Of a stretch of 64,000 nt of DNA, positions 21,453-30,837 are shown one piece after another. The stretch is from Pseudomonadota bacterium (GTDB lineage Bacteria > Pseudomonadota > Gammaproteobacteria > Steroidobacterales > Steroidobacteraceae): assembly GCA_021780475.1 (NCBI GenBank), contig JAJXYR010000044.1, forward strand, positions 2,722 to 66,721, in the 5' to 3' direction. A program made the translations under genes and the position numbers. The notes beneath the pieces are model-generated. The model saw only the letters and a program-made list of their open reading frames with translations, ran no database searches and had not been told where the DNA came from. Position 1 is the first letter of the stretch, and each line of letters opens with the position of its first letter.

Positions 21453-23593
21453 TAGCGCATCGTCACGTGCACGCCCCAGGTTCGCGGATCGCCGAGCTGC
21501 GTGTATAGCTTGTTCGGAAAGTCTGGCGGTTCGTCGCCAAAGTAAAAACCCCGTACCGTGTAGTTGCGGTCGAGCGCGTTCCTCACCCAGGCATTCACGT
21601 CGTAGCGGGCGCCGGCCCAGCCCAGCTTGACGTTCATCAGGCCGTAGGGATGCGAGCGCGTCGGATTCGGCGGCAGATCATAATAGAAGCCGCCCATGCC
21701 CGTGAGGTCCAGGCGTGCGTAGGGACCGCGCGGGTCACGCCACTCGGCGTTCAACGCGGCCTGCCAGTCGGGCGCGTGCGCGAGCGGGCGGTCCGGCAGC
21801 GCGACGCCGTTCTGAACGAAGCCCTGATAGCGCGTCTGCAGCCACGCAAGCGAGGCACCGAGCGTCCAACGCGCCGTTGCGCGCCAGCGCAACGTATTCT
21901 CGATGCCGTAGTCGTAGCCCGACCGGGCGTTGCCGGTGTAGAAAACGAAGGTGTTCGGATCGTTCGCGACGAGCTGTGCGCCCGTCTTCAGCTGCGGCCG
22001 GTTGCGGACCATGTAGAACAACGCCGTGTCGGCCTGGAGCCTGCCGCCCGCCGTTTCCAGTTTGTGTCCGATCTCATAGTTCCACAAGGATTCGGGACCG
22101 AACAGGCGCTGGTCGGCGGCGAGGCCTTGGCTGAGGTTGAAGCCCCCGGCCTTGTAGCCGCGCGAAGCGATCGCATAGACGTGCCCGCCCCGGTCGAGCC
22201 GGTAATCGATGGACAAATGGCCGCCCCACAGCGAGTCGGCGGGATCGAAGGCGTTGGTCGTGGCGGGCGCGCCGAGGTTGGTCGTCAAATCGCCGTATTG
22301 CGCGGTGTGACGCTCGCCGCGCACGCCGATCGACCAGCGCGCGTGCGAACCGAGGCCGCCGTCCAATTGCCCATACAGCGCGCCGTTGCGCGAGCGGTAA
22401 TGGCTGGTCAACACCGACCGGGTGATCGAGGAATACCCTGCGATCGGATCGACGTAATCGCCGAGGTTGGTGTCGCCCAGAGCCTCGCGCAATTCGAATG
22501 CATAAACTCCGACGAGCCAGGAAACGCCCCGCGTCCGCGTCGATGCGAGGCGCAGCTCGAGGCTCCGGGTCGAGCGATGCCGGGCTTGGAACTCGGTGTA
22601 GTCGTAGGTGTAGGGCGCCCACAGCACGGGATTTCCCCAGTCGCCGTCGTAGCCGTAGCCGACGAGGGTGTCGGCATAGGTTGAGATCGCGGTGAGCGCC
22701 ACGTCGCGCCATCCCCGATAGGTGCCGCGCAGGGACAGGCCCGTCGAGTGCTGCACATCCTCGCCCGGACGGTCCGACTGCGTGGTGCGCGAATTGTCGA
22801 TCGCCCAGGCATCGTAGCCGTTGTTGAGGGCGACGTGCAGCACGCTGAGGTCGAGGCCGAACCCGCCGCCCGGCCGGTAGCGCCATCGCGCTCGCACCGT
22901 GGTCTCGTCGCGGTTGTCGGTGTTTCGCCGGCCCAGAAAGGCGTTGCGGTAGAAGCCGTCACTCGCGTAGTGCTGCGCCGCCAGCCGGAATGCCGAATCC
23001 CAGGCCGCGACCGGGCCGGTGATGACCGCGCCGACCGCGCGCATACCATAGTCGCCGACGTCGAGTTCGGCGCGTCCGCCGAAGGTCTCCGACGGCGCGG
23101 CGCTCTTCACGTAGATCAATCCGGCGAGCGCGCTCGCGCCGTAAAGAGTCGCCTGCGGCCCGCGCAGCACCTCGATGCGGTCGACGTCGAACAGCGTCGC
23201 GGCGCCGCCTAGTCCGCTGAAATCGATGTCGTCGATCAGGAAGCCCACCGAAGGATTCGGCGCGCCCTGGTACTGTTCGAGTTCGCCGATGCCGCGAATC
23301 TGGAAATAACGCGGACGCGAGGTGTCTCCCGACCAGTTGAGGTCGGGCACGAGGGGCAGGACGTCCTCGAACTGCTGCTGACCGGCCGCGCGCAGCGTGT
23401 GCGCGCCGAGCACGGTGACGCTTGCGGGTAGCTCGGCGTCGGTCAGCGGGCGCAGGGTCGCGGTGACGATCACTTCCCGCAGTTCCCCGCGGCGGCGGCC
23501 GGTGGCGCCGTTCGCGCCGGATGGCGCGGCGAGCAAAAATAACGACGCGCAAAGCGCCCAGAAGCCGGCTCGCGCCGTTGTCACGGAATCCAT
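21449..23593 (-). CDS. TonB-dependent outer-membrane receptor (thiamine-related by riboswitch context)
   Basis: 714 aa with signal peptide, TonB box-like VIVTAT, plug motifs (IEVLRGPQATLYG) and a C-terminal beta-barrel ending in an aromatic residue (..VTMRY). A TPP riboswitch lies in its leader. Confidence 0.9.
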   Translation of the reverse strand: MDSVTTARAGFWALCASLFLLAAPSGANGATGRRRGELREVIVTATLRPLTDAELPASVTVLGAHTLRAAGQQQFEDVLPLVPDLNWSGDTSRPRYFQIRGIGELEQYQGAPNPSVGFLIDDIDFSGLGGAATLFDVDRIEVLRGPQATLYGASALAGLIYVKSAAPSETFGGRAELDVGDYGMRAVGAVITGPVAAWDSAFRLAAQHYASDGFYRNAFLGRRNTDNRDETTVRARWRYRPGGGFGLDLSVLHVALNNGYDAWAIDNSRTTQSDRPGEDVQHSTGLSLRGTYRGWRDVALTAISTYADTLVGYGYDGDWGNPVLWAPYTYDYTEFQARHRSTRSLELRLASTRTRGVSWLVGVYAFELREALGDTNLGDYVDPIAGYSSITRSVLTSHYRSRNGALYGQLDGGLGSHARWSIGVRGERHTAQYGDLTTNLGAPATTNAFDPADSLWGGHLSIDYRLDRGGHVYAIASRGYKAGGFNLSQGLAADQRLFGPESLWNYEIGHKLETAGGRLQADTALFYMVRNRPQLKTGAQLVANDPNTFVFYTGNARSGYDYGIENTLRWRATARWTLGASLAWLQTRYQGFVQNGVALPDRPLAHAPDWQAALNAEWRDPRGPYARLDLTGMGGFYYDLPPNPTRSHPYGLMNVKLGWAGARYDVNAWVRNALDRNYTVRGFYFGDEPPDFPNKLYTQLGDPRTWGVHVTMRY

Positions 23594-23595
23594 CG

Positions 23596-23700
23596 CGCTC
23601 CCTCCGCCGGCATTAACCGGATCAGGTTCTATGGGTTCGCCGCGTCGCGCGGGTCATCGCGGACGGCGTCTCAGGCCCCTTCGGGACCACCCCAGCAAGA
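23596..23700 (-). promoter_or_regulatory. TPP (THI-box) riboswitch
   Basis: The minus strand reads CTGGGGTGGTCCCGAAGGGGCCTGAGA...AACCCATAGAACCTGATCCGGTTAATGCCGGCGGAGGGAG. This matches the conserved THI-element blocks GGGGUG, CUGAGA, ACCC, AACCUGAUCnGGnUAAUGCCnGCG and AGGGA. The 3' GGAGGGAG lies 5 nt before the receptor ATG. Confidence 0.8.
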
Positions 23701-23743
23701 GTCGGAACTTTAATCGAGTCGGGCGAAAATTGCTGCGTTACGC

Positions 23744-24127
23744 TCAGAAGATCGCGCGCAGCGCGCCGAATGCGCCGCCGCCGACCAGGGCGACGACCGC
23801 AATGGACGTCAGGGCGAATCCCGGGCCGCGCTTCGCCGGGTCGCTCACGTAGCGCGCCGCGTACAGTTCCCGGCCCGCGAGGTAGAGCGCGCCGATCGTG
23901 GCGGCCCAGACCGGATTGTAATAACGGCTGAACAAATAGAGGCCTGGCAGGAAAGCCACCAGTTGTTCCAGCGTGTTTTGTTGGACCCGGAAATGCCGCT
24001 CGAAAATGGCATGGCCGCTCACCGCCGGCGCCTTGACGCCGTAGCGTTCGCGTGCTGCGCCGACCTTGAAGCCAAAAATCATGAATTGCAGAATTGCGAG
24101 CGCGGTCACGATATGAACATATGCCAT
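23744..24127 (-). CDS. MAPEG family membrane protein
   Basis: 127 aa from MAYVHIV with 3-4 TM helices and MAPEG-like RVQQNTLEQLVAFLP and YLAGRELYAARY. Confidence 0.7.
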   Translation of the reverse strand: MAYVHIVTALAILQFMIFGFKVGAARERYGVKAPAVSGHAIFERHFRVQQNTLEQLVAFLPGLYLFSRYYNPVWAATIGALYLAGRELYAARYVSDPAKRGPGFALTSIAVVALVGGGAFGALRAIF

Positions 24128-24668
24128 GGATGTTCCCCTGCGGATGGCGGATTCTATCATCTCCATGAGACACCCCACCCGTCCAGGCACCCGCGGCTAC
24201 GCCTCGCTGGCGGAAATCGACGCGCCGGTGGCTCGGGTGTGGCGCGCGCTCACCGATCCGGCCCTGATCCGAATCTGGTCCGGCGCACCGGCCGAGGTCG
24301 ATCCGCGCAAGGGCGGACTGTATCGCCTCGGAGTGGGCGAACGCTGCCGCGAGGCGCACATCGACGTTTTCGACGTCAACCGCCGGCTGCGGCTGATCTA
24401 CCTTGGCGATCCCGGCATGCCGTCCTCGGCGAGCGCGGTCGTCGACGATTTCCTGCTCGATCCGCGCAAGGGCGCCGGCACTACGTCGCTGCGCCTGCTT
24501 GGCTCCGGGATCTCCGACGCGCCGGAGTGGGACGCGATGTACAAACGCTGCCGCATCGCCTGGGAGCGCAATTTGGCGCGGATCAAGGTGGCGCTCGAGA
24601 ACCCGCCGCGCCCGAAGCCCGCGCGACCGCCGCCGGGCGATGCGCCGTTGCGCGGCCTCGACTACTGA
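24126..24668 (+). CDS. SRPBCC (AHSA1/START-like) family protein
   Basis: The motif IDAPVARVWRALTDPALIRIW is typical of the AHSA1/SRPBCC N-terminus. The true start is probably an internal Met (24144 or 24165), because ATG 24126 overlaps the divergent MAPEG start. Confidence 0.6.
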   Translation: MDVPLRMADSIISMRHPTRPGTRGYASLAEIDAPVARVWRALTDPALIRIWSGAPAEVDPRKGGLYRLGVGERCREAHIDVFDVNRRLRLIYLGDPGMPSSASAVVDDFLLDPRKGAGTTSLRLLGSGISDAPEWDAMYKRCRIAWERNLARIKVALENPPRPKPARPPPGDAPLRGLDY

Positions 24669-24730
24669 GAAATCCCAACCCCGTCTTGATATTCTAAGGC
24701 CCCGGCGGCGACCCGCTTCGTGGAGGTACC

Positions 24731-25105
24731 ATGCTCGGCTTTCTCGTACGCGCCGCGATCGTCGCCCTGGGTCTGTGGGTGTCCTCGGCCCGCGTACCGG
24801 GCGTCCGTATAGACGGCCCATCGACCTTGTTCCTCGCCGGGATCCTGCTCGGCGTCGTCAATGCGATCGTGCGTCCGATCGCGATCATCCTGACGTTGCC
24901 GATGACCGTCGTCACGCTCGGCCTGTTTCTGTTGGTCATCAATGCCGGCATGGTCGGGCTTGTGGCGTGGATTCTGCCGGGCATGCACGTGGCCGGTTTT
25001 TGGGCCGCGTTCTGGACTTCCGTGATCGTGAGCCTCGTCAGCATGATCGGCTCGTGGTTCGTCGGCCCGAAGGGCCGCATCCAGGTCATCGTCCGCCGCG
25101 ATTGA
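24731..25105 (+). CDS. DUF360 / phage-holin-4-like small membrane protein (YvlD-like)
   Basis: 124 aa with four hydrophobic helices and the family-like sequence GVVNAIVRPIAIILTLPMTVVTLGLFLLVINA. Confidence 0.65.
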   Translation: MLGFLVRAAIVALGLWVSSARVPGVRIDGPSTLFLAGILLGVVNAIVRPIAIILTLPMTVVTLGLFLLVINAGMVGLVAWILPGMHVAGFWAAFWTSVIVSLVSMIGSWFVGPKGRIQVIVRRD

Positions 25106-26050
25106 TCAGGACGCCGTCGGCTCGTCCAGGAGTTTGCGGTCGACGGTGCGCGCACCGGGCAGCGTGACGATCAACACGCCGAGAATCACGACCGCCATGC
25201 CCGCCAACTGCCCCTTCGACAGCGATTCGTGCAGGAACTGCCACCCGAGGTAGGTCGCGATCGCCGGGTTCACGTAACTGTAGGTGCCGATGACGGCCGG
25301 TGTCGCGTTGAGCGCGAGCCACGTGAAGGCCCAATAGGCGAGACAGGAGCTGACGAACGTCAGATAGGCGAGCGACAGCGCCCCCGGCGCATCCAGAGTC
25401 CAGCGCCCCGCTTCGCCCGCCGCCAGTCCCGTCGCGAGCAGCATCACGCCACCGACCAACATTTGCAGCGACACGAACATCAGCGCGCTGAGGCGCGTGT
25501 CGATGCTTCGATAGTAGAGAGTGCCGAGCGCCCAGGCGAAACAGGCCGCGAGCGCCGCGAGCTTGGCATACATCGGCGACTCATGAGCACCGCCGGGCGC
25601 CAGCATCAGCATCGTGCCGGCGAATCCGATCCCGAGTCCGAAAAGCGCGCGCCGGGTCAGCGGATGACCGCGGCGTCCGAACATGCCGAGCCCGGCGATC
25701 CACAACGCCGACGTGCCGTGCAGCAGCGCGGATTCGTGCGACGGCAGGAACTGCATCGCCCAGACGTTCAAGCCGTTGCTGGCGAACACCATCAGTGATC
25801 CGGCGATCGCGACGTGCCGCAGTTCGACCAGCCCGATGCTCCACGACTCGCCGTTCCAGAGCCGTGCGACCAGTGCGAGCACCACGCCCGAGGTGGTGAA
25901 GCGGACGCCGGCGAGCAGCGCCGCCGGCAGATGCTCGACGGCGATCTTGGAGAACAAAAAGCTCGATCCCCAGACGAGATAGATGGTGGCGAGGCTCAGG
26001 ACGAGCTTCGCCGGACGGCGTGGGTCAACGCGCATGCGATTCGCGGGCAT
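25106..26050 (-). CDS. EamA/DMT family transporter
   Basis: About 10 TM helices in two EamA repeats (IYLVWGSSFLFSKIAV..). Start taken at the internal Met MPANRM, since the longer listed ORF runs into tatC. Confidence 0.8.
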   Translation of the reverse strand: MPANRMRVDPRRPAKLVLSLATIYLVWGSSFLFSKIAVEHLPAALLAGVRFTTSGVVLALVARLWNGESWSIGLVELRHVAIAGSLMVFASNGLNVWAMQFLPSHESALLHGTSALWIAGLGMFGRRGHPLTRRALFGLGIGFAGTMLMLAPGGAHESPMYAKLAALAACFAWALGTLYYRSIDTRLSALMFVSLQMLVGGVMLLATGLAAGEAGRWTLDAPGALSLAYLTFVSSCLAYWAFTWLALNATPAVIGTYSYVNPAIATYLGWQFLHESLSKGQLAGMAVVILGVLIVTLPGARTVDRKLLDEPTAS

Positions 26051-26070
26051 CGGCGGGCGCGCAGCGCTCC

Positions 26071-26859
26071 CTATCCGTCTCCCCCGGCGCCGGCTTCCTC
26101 TTTCGCCCGCGCGGCGATCTTGTCCTTCAACAGCACCTTCGCCATGATGATGCCGATCTCGTAGAGGATGTACATCGGTACGGCCATGAAGCTCTGCGAC
26201 ACCGCGTCCGGAGGAGTCAGGAAGGCCGCGACGATGAAAACCCCGAGCAGCACGAAGCCGCGGTTCTTCGTCAGGGTCGTCACCTTGACGATGCCGGCCC
26301 ACACCAGCAGCACCGTCGCCACCGGCACTTCAAACGCGGCGCCGAACGCGAGGAGCAGCACCATCACGAAATCGAGATAATTGCCGATGTCCGTCATCAT
26401 CGTCACGCCGGCGGGCGTGGTCGCCACGAAGAAGCTCAGCATCACCGGGAACACCAGGTAGTACGCGAAGGCCGCCCCCAGGTAGAACAGCAGCACGCTG
26501 GAAACCAACAGGGGCACGGCGAGCTTGCGCTCGTGCCGGTACAGTCCGGGTGCGACGAACGCCCATGCCTGAAAGAGCACGTACGGCATCGCGAGCCCGA
26601 CCGCGGCGACCAAGGCAAGCTTGAACGGGACCATGAAGGGGGCCACGACGCTGGTGGCGATCAAGGTCGCGCCGGGCGGCAGGCGGTGAATCAGGGGCTT
26701 CGCGACGAACGTGAACAATTGGTTCATGTAGGTCGCGGTCGGGATGAAGCAGATGCCGACCGCCATCATCGCTTTCAACAAGCGATCGCGCAGTTCCAGG
26801 AGGTGCGAAACCAGAGTCCCTTCGGCGAGTTCCTCGGACGTCGGCTCCGGTTCACTCAT
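26071..26859 (-). CDS. tatC: twin-arginine translocase subunit TatC
   Basis: 262 aa, 6 TM, with HLLELRDRLLK and PGLYRHERK motifs, downstream of tatA and tatB. Confidence 0.93.
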   Translation of the reverse strand: MSEPEPTSEELAEGTLVSHLLELRDRLLKAMMAVGICFIPTATYMNQLFTFVAKPLIHRLPPGATLIATSVVAPFMVPFKLALVAAVGLAMPYVLFQAWAFVAPGLYRHERKLAVPLLVSSVLLFYLGAAFAYYLVFPVMLSFFVATTPAGVTMMTDIGNYLDFVMVLLLAFGAAFEVPVATVLLVWAGIVKVTTLTKNRGFVLLGVFIVAAFLTPPDAVSQSFMAVPMYILYEIGIIMAKVLLKDKIAARAKEEAGAGGDG

Positions 26860-27202
26860 TGGGCGGTTTGATCGAATTCTGCGGATTCAGGATCTGTCCA
26901 GGGTCCGCGGCCGGTGCGGTGCCGTCGTACGGCGCCGGAATGTGCGGCGGCGGTTCGGCCGGCGCCGGAACCCGCGGTGCAGGTTCCGCGGCGCCCGGAG
27001 CGCCGGCGCGGGTGCGTTGTTTCAGCAATTCGTCGGCGCTGACCTCCCGATCGAGCTGTTCGCTCAATTGGCGCGCCATCGCCCGCGCGCGGCCCATCCA
27101 ATTGCCGACTTGGCGTGCGACCTTCGGCAGCCGCTCCGGCCCCAACACCACCAGCGCAATCGCGGAGGTGAGCAGGATTTCAGAGAATCCAAAATCCAGC
27201 AT
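26852..27202 (-). CDS. tatB: twin-arginine translocase subunit TatB
   Basis: MLDFGFSEILLTSAIALVVLGPERLPKVAR, i.e. the TatB N-terminal TM plus amphipathic helix. Confidence 0.88.
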   Translation of the reverse strand: MLDFGFSEILLTSAIALVVLGPERLPKVARQVGNWMGRARAMARQLSEQLDREVSADELLKQRTRAGAPGAAEPAPRVPAPAEPPPHIPAPYDGTAPAADPGQILNPQNSIKPPNE

Positions 27203-27207
27203 CGGGC

Positions 27208-27447
27208 TTACACGTTCGTCTTGGGCGGCGCCTTCGAGTCGACGTCGTGTTTCGCCGCCGCGTCGAAGTCGGCATCCTTCTCCTGCTTGATCTGCTTGAT
27301 CTGCTCCTGGGTCTCGCCTTCGTTCATGGCATCCTTGAAGCCCTTGACCGCGGCGCCCAGGTCCGAGCCGATCGTGCGCAGCCGCTTGGTGCCGAACACC
27401 ACGAGCGCGATCGCCAATATCACCAATAACATCTTTGAATCGAACAT
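27208..27447 (-). CDS. tatA: twin-arginine translocase subunit TatA
   Basis: 79 aa with [32 protein letters not shown]. Confidence 0.9.
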   Translation of the reverse strand: MFDSKMLLVILAIALVVFGTKRLRTIGSDLGAAVKGFKDAMNEGETQEQIKQIKQEKDADFDAAAKHDVDSKAPPKTNV

Positions 27448-27552
27448 GTCGCTTCTCCGATTATCGCCGGGGGTGGCCTTTCGGAACCCCTAATGATACG
27501 CCAAAGCGCCAAATCCGTGCGCCGGCCGGATCGCCGGATAGTGCTCCAGTTC

Positions 27553-27990
27553 TCAGGCCTCCAGCCAGATCGTCACCGGTCCGTCGTTCACCAGTGCGAC
27601 TTGCATGTCGGCGCCGAAAACGCCGCATGCGGTCGGGGTGTGGGCCTCCCGGGCGCGGGCGGCCAGGTGCGCAAACAGCCGCCGGCCGAGATCGGGGCTC
27701 GCGGCGTGCGAGAAACCCGGTCTTAGGCCCTTGGCGGTATCGGCCGCCAACGTGAACTGGGGCACCAACAACAGCCCGCCGGCGACAGCCTGCAGGCTCC
27801 GGTTCATCCGCCCGTCGGCATCGGCGAACACGCGGTAACGCAACATGCGATCGAGCAGGCGCTCTGCCACGGCCTCCGAGTCCGCTGGCCGGACACCAAT
27901 CAGCGCGAGCAAGCCGGCACCGATCGTCGCCTGCACCGTGCCGGCGATCGTCACCCGGGCCTCGGTGACGCGTTGCAATAGCGCGATCAC
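27553..27990 (-). CDS. dtd: D-aminoacyl-tRNA deacylase
   Basis: 145 aa, MIALLQRVTEA.. and SQFTL-like PQFTLAADT and the NDGPVT motif near the C-terminus. Confidence 0.92.
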   Translation of the reverse strand: MIALLQRVTEARVTIAGTVQATIGAGLLALIGVRPADSEAVAERLLDRMLRYRVFADADGRMNRSLQAVAGGLLLVPQFTLAADTAKGLRPGFSHAASPDLGRRLFAHLAARAREAHTPTACGVFGADMQVALVNDGPVTIWLEA

Positions 27991-27994
27991 CGGA

Positions 27995-29452
27995 TCATTT
28001 TCTCCACAGCGTCGGCGTGAACAACACCAGAATCGTAAAAACTTCGAGCCGGCCCAGCAGCATCGCGACGGAACAGACCCAGGTCTGAAAATCCCCCAGC
28101 ACGCTGTAATTGCTGTCCGGCCCGACCAGACCGAGCCCCGGCCCGGCGTTGTTGATGCACGCGAGTATCGCCGACATCGACGTCGTGAAATCCAGCCCGC
28201 TCGCCAGCTGAACGAAGATCAAGGTGACGGCGCTCATGAAGTACAGAAAAACGAACCCGAGCACCGCGAACACGACGCGGTTTGCGATCACGGTTCCGCC
28301 GACTTTCAGCGGACTGACGAGGTTCGGATGCACGAGGTGGTTGAGCTCGCGGTTCGACTGTTTGGCGAGTATCAGCGTGCGGATCATCTTCACGCCGCCG
28401 CCGGTCGAGCCGGAGCTCGCCACGATGCAGCTCAGGAACAACATCCACATCGGCGCGAACACCGGCCAGCGCGAATAGTCCTGCGTGTGCAGGCCGCCGT
28501 CGGTCGCGATCGACACGACGTTGAACGTGGACTCGCGCAGCGCGGTCGCCAGATCCGGATAGGTGCCCTTGTAGAAGAGGTACAGACCGATGCCGATCGC
28601 GCTCGCGGCGAGCACGCCGATGATGGCCTTGGCCTCGGAGTCGCGAAAATAGGCGCGCATGTCGCGCTGGGTCCAAGCCTGGTAATGCGTCGCGAAGTTC
28701 AACGCGGCCAGCACCTGGAACACCGTGAGGACGAGTTCGATCGGCCCGGAATTGAAATGTCCGATGCTGTCGTCGTAGGTGGAGAATCCGCCGAGCGAAA
28801 GCGCCGAAAAGCCGTGACACACTGCGTCGAACCAGTTCATCCCGGCGAACTTCAAACACGCGATGCAGGCCACGGTCAGGCCGGAATAGACGGTCCACAG
28901 GAGCTTGGCCGTCTGCCCGATCCGCGGCGTGAGCTTCGCATCCTTCATCGGCCCCGGCATCTCCGCCCGGTAGATCTGCATGCCGCCGACGCCGAGCATC
29001 GGCAGGATCGCGACCGCCAGCACGATGATTCCCATGCCGCCCAGCCAGCTGAGCAGATGACGCCAGAGATTGATCGATCGGGGCAGGAACTGGAGTCCCG
29101 ACAACACCGTTCCACCGGTCGTCGTCAGGCCGGACGCCGCCTCGAAATAGGCGTGAGTGAAATCGATGGGCAGATAGCGCCAAAGCGGGAAACCGGCGAC
29201 CGCCGGCAGCAACACCCAGGTCAGGGCCACCAGCAGCAGGCCGTCGCGCGTCTTCAGTTCCCGCTTGTAGCGCCGCGTGACGAGCCACAAAACCGCGCCG
29301 ATGACGAAGGTCGCCGCCGCGGAGATCACGAATGACCAGAGCGCGAGATCCATCCCCCAGATCGCGAGAATCAAGGGCGCGAGCATCGTCGCCGCGAACG
29401 CCATCAGCACCATGGCGAAGACATGCGCGACCGGAAGAATGATCTGTTTCAC
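27995..29452 (-). CDS. trkH: Trk system potassium uptake protein TrkH
   Basis: 485 aa polytopic protein with repeated selectivity-filter-like (T/S)xGG segments (TTTGGTV, SLGGFST, STGGGVK). GTG start at 29452 overlaps the trkA stop (GTGA); the upstream part of the listed 822-aa ORF is read-through. Confidence 0.88.
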   Translation of the reverse strand: MKQIILPVAHVFAMVLMAFAATMLAPLILAIWGMDLALWSFVISAAATFVIGAVLWLVTRRYKRELKTRDGLLLVALTWVLLPAVAGFPLWRYLPIDFTHAYFEAASGLTTTGGTVLSGLQFLPRSINLWRHLLSWLGGMGIIVLAVAILPMLGVGGMQIYRAEMPGPMKDAKLTPRIGQTAKLLWTVYSGLTVACIACLKFAGMNWFDAVCHGFSALSLGGFSTYDDSIGHFNSGPIELVLTVFQVLAALNFATHYQAWTQRDMRAYFRDSEAKAIIGVLAASAIGIGLYLFYKGTYPDLATALRESTFNVVSIATDGGLHTQDYSRWPVFAPMWMLFLSCIVASSGSTGGGVKMIRTLILAKQSNRELNHLVHPNLVSPLKVGGTVIANRVVFAVLGFVFLYFMSAVTLIFVQLASGLDFTTSMSAILACINNAGPGLGLVGPDSNYSVLGDFQTWVCSVAMLLGRLEVFTILVLFTPTLWRK

Positions 29453-30825
29453 AGAAACGACGCGGATCCCTGGAACAGCTTCTCGACCGCCTCCATGTGC
29501 CGCCTGTCGGTGAGGAACAGGATCAGGTGATCGTCGGGCTGCACCGTCGTGTCGTGATGCGCGATGATGACGTCCTCGCCGCGAACGACGGCACCGAGCG
29601 TCGTGCCCTCCGGCAGCGGGATGTCCTCGACGTGACGGCCGATGACCTTCGAGCTGTCCGCATCGCCATGCACGACCACTTCCAGCGCCTCCGCCGCGCC
29701 GCGCCGCAGCGCATGGACGCGCACCACGTCGCCGTGGCGGACATGCGCGAGCAGCGATCCGATCGTCACCGTCTGCGGCGAGATCGCGACGTCGATCGAC
29801 CCGCTTTCGATCAATTCCGAATACGACGGCTTGTTGATCAGCGCCATGACCTTGTGGGCGCCGAGGCGTTTGGCCAGCATCGCCGACAGGATGTTCGCCT
29901 CTTCGGAGTTCGTGAGGGCCGCAAAAACGTCCGCGCTGTCGATGTTCTCCTCCAGCAGGAGATCCTCGTCCGCGGCGTCGCCGTGCAGAACAGTCGTGCT
30001 CTTCAGTTGTTCGGATACGCGTCGCGCGCGCCGGTGGTCGCGCTCGATCAGCTTCACCTGGTTCTTGTCCTCCAGCTCGCTCGCGAGCCGGAAACCGATA
30101 TTGCCGCCGCCCGCGATCACGACGCGCCGCACCGGAGCCTCCTCCCGCCGCATCTCGCGCATGACGACCCGGATGTCCTTGCGGGCCGCGAGGAAGAACA
30201 CTTCGTCGCCGTCGGCGATCACCGTCGTCCCTTCCGGCTTGATGCTCTTGCCCGCCCGGTAGATCGCCGCCACGCGGGCATCGGCGGTTGGAATGTGCTC
30301 GCGCAGCGTGCGCAACGCCTGGCCGACCAGCGGCCCGCCCTGGAGCGCCCGAATCCCCACCAGGCGGACGCGGCCGTCGGCGAAGTCCAGCACCTGCAGC
30401 GCCCCCGGGTAACGGATCAGGCGCGCGACGTGTTCGGTGACCAGCTGCTCCGGACTGATCCACACGTCCACCGCGACGCCCTGCTCGCCGAACAGCCGGT
30501 CCCGTTCGGTGAAGTCGGCCGAGCGTACGCGGGCCATCTTCTTCGGCGTCCGGTACAGCGTCCAGGCTATATGGCAGGCGAGCATATTGACCTCGTCGCT
30601 GTTGGTCAGCGCGACGAGGATGTCGGTGTTTGCGATGCCGGCGGCCTCGAGGATCCGCGGACTCGCCGCGTTGCCGCTCACCGTGCGGATGTCGAGCCGG
30701 TCCTGCAGATCGCGCAGCACCTCTTCGTTCACGTCGACGACCGTGACGTCGTTGGCCTCTTCGCGCGACAGGTGATAGGCGGCGGTGCGGCCGACCTGGC
30801 CGGCTCCGAGGATGATGATTTTCAC
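29449..30825 (-). CDS. trkA: Trk system potassium uptake protein TrkA
   Basis: 458 aa with two RCK/NAD-binding repeats (MKIIILGAGQVG; VVIAGGGNIG). Confidence 0.93.
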   Translation of the reverse strand: MKIIILGAGQVGRTAAYHLSREEANDVTVVDVNEEVLRDLQDRLDIRTVSGNAASPRILEAAGIANTDILVALTNSDEVNMLACHIAWTLYRTPKKMARVRSADFTERDRLFGEQGVAVDVWISPEQLVTEHVARLIRYPGALQVLDFADGRVRLVGIRALQGGPLVGQALRTLREHIPTADARVAAIYRAGKSIKPEGTTVIADGDEVFFLAARKDIRVVMREMRREEAPVRRVVIAGGGNIGFRLASELEDKNQVKLIERDHRRARRVSEQLKSTTVLHGDAADEDLLLEENIDSADVFAALTNSEEANILSAMLAKRLGAHKVMALINKPSYSELIESGSIDVAISPQTVTIGSLLAHVRHGDVVRVHALRRGAAEALEVVVHGDADSSKVIGRHVEDIPLPEGTTLGAVVRGEDVIIAHHDTTVQPDDHLILFLTDRRHMEAVEKLFQGSASFL

Positions 30826-30837
30826 GGCGCCTTCACC

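Noticed and set aside
24125-24128. Divergent MAPEG and SRPBCC genes sharing overlapping start codons (CATG)
   Set aside because: This is most likely an artefact of taking the longest SRPBCC ORF. Internal Met codons at 24144 and 24165 give a normal-length N-terminus and a small divergent spacer.
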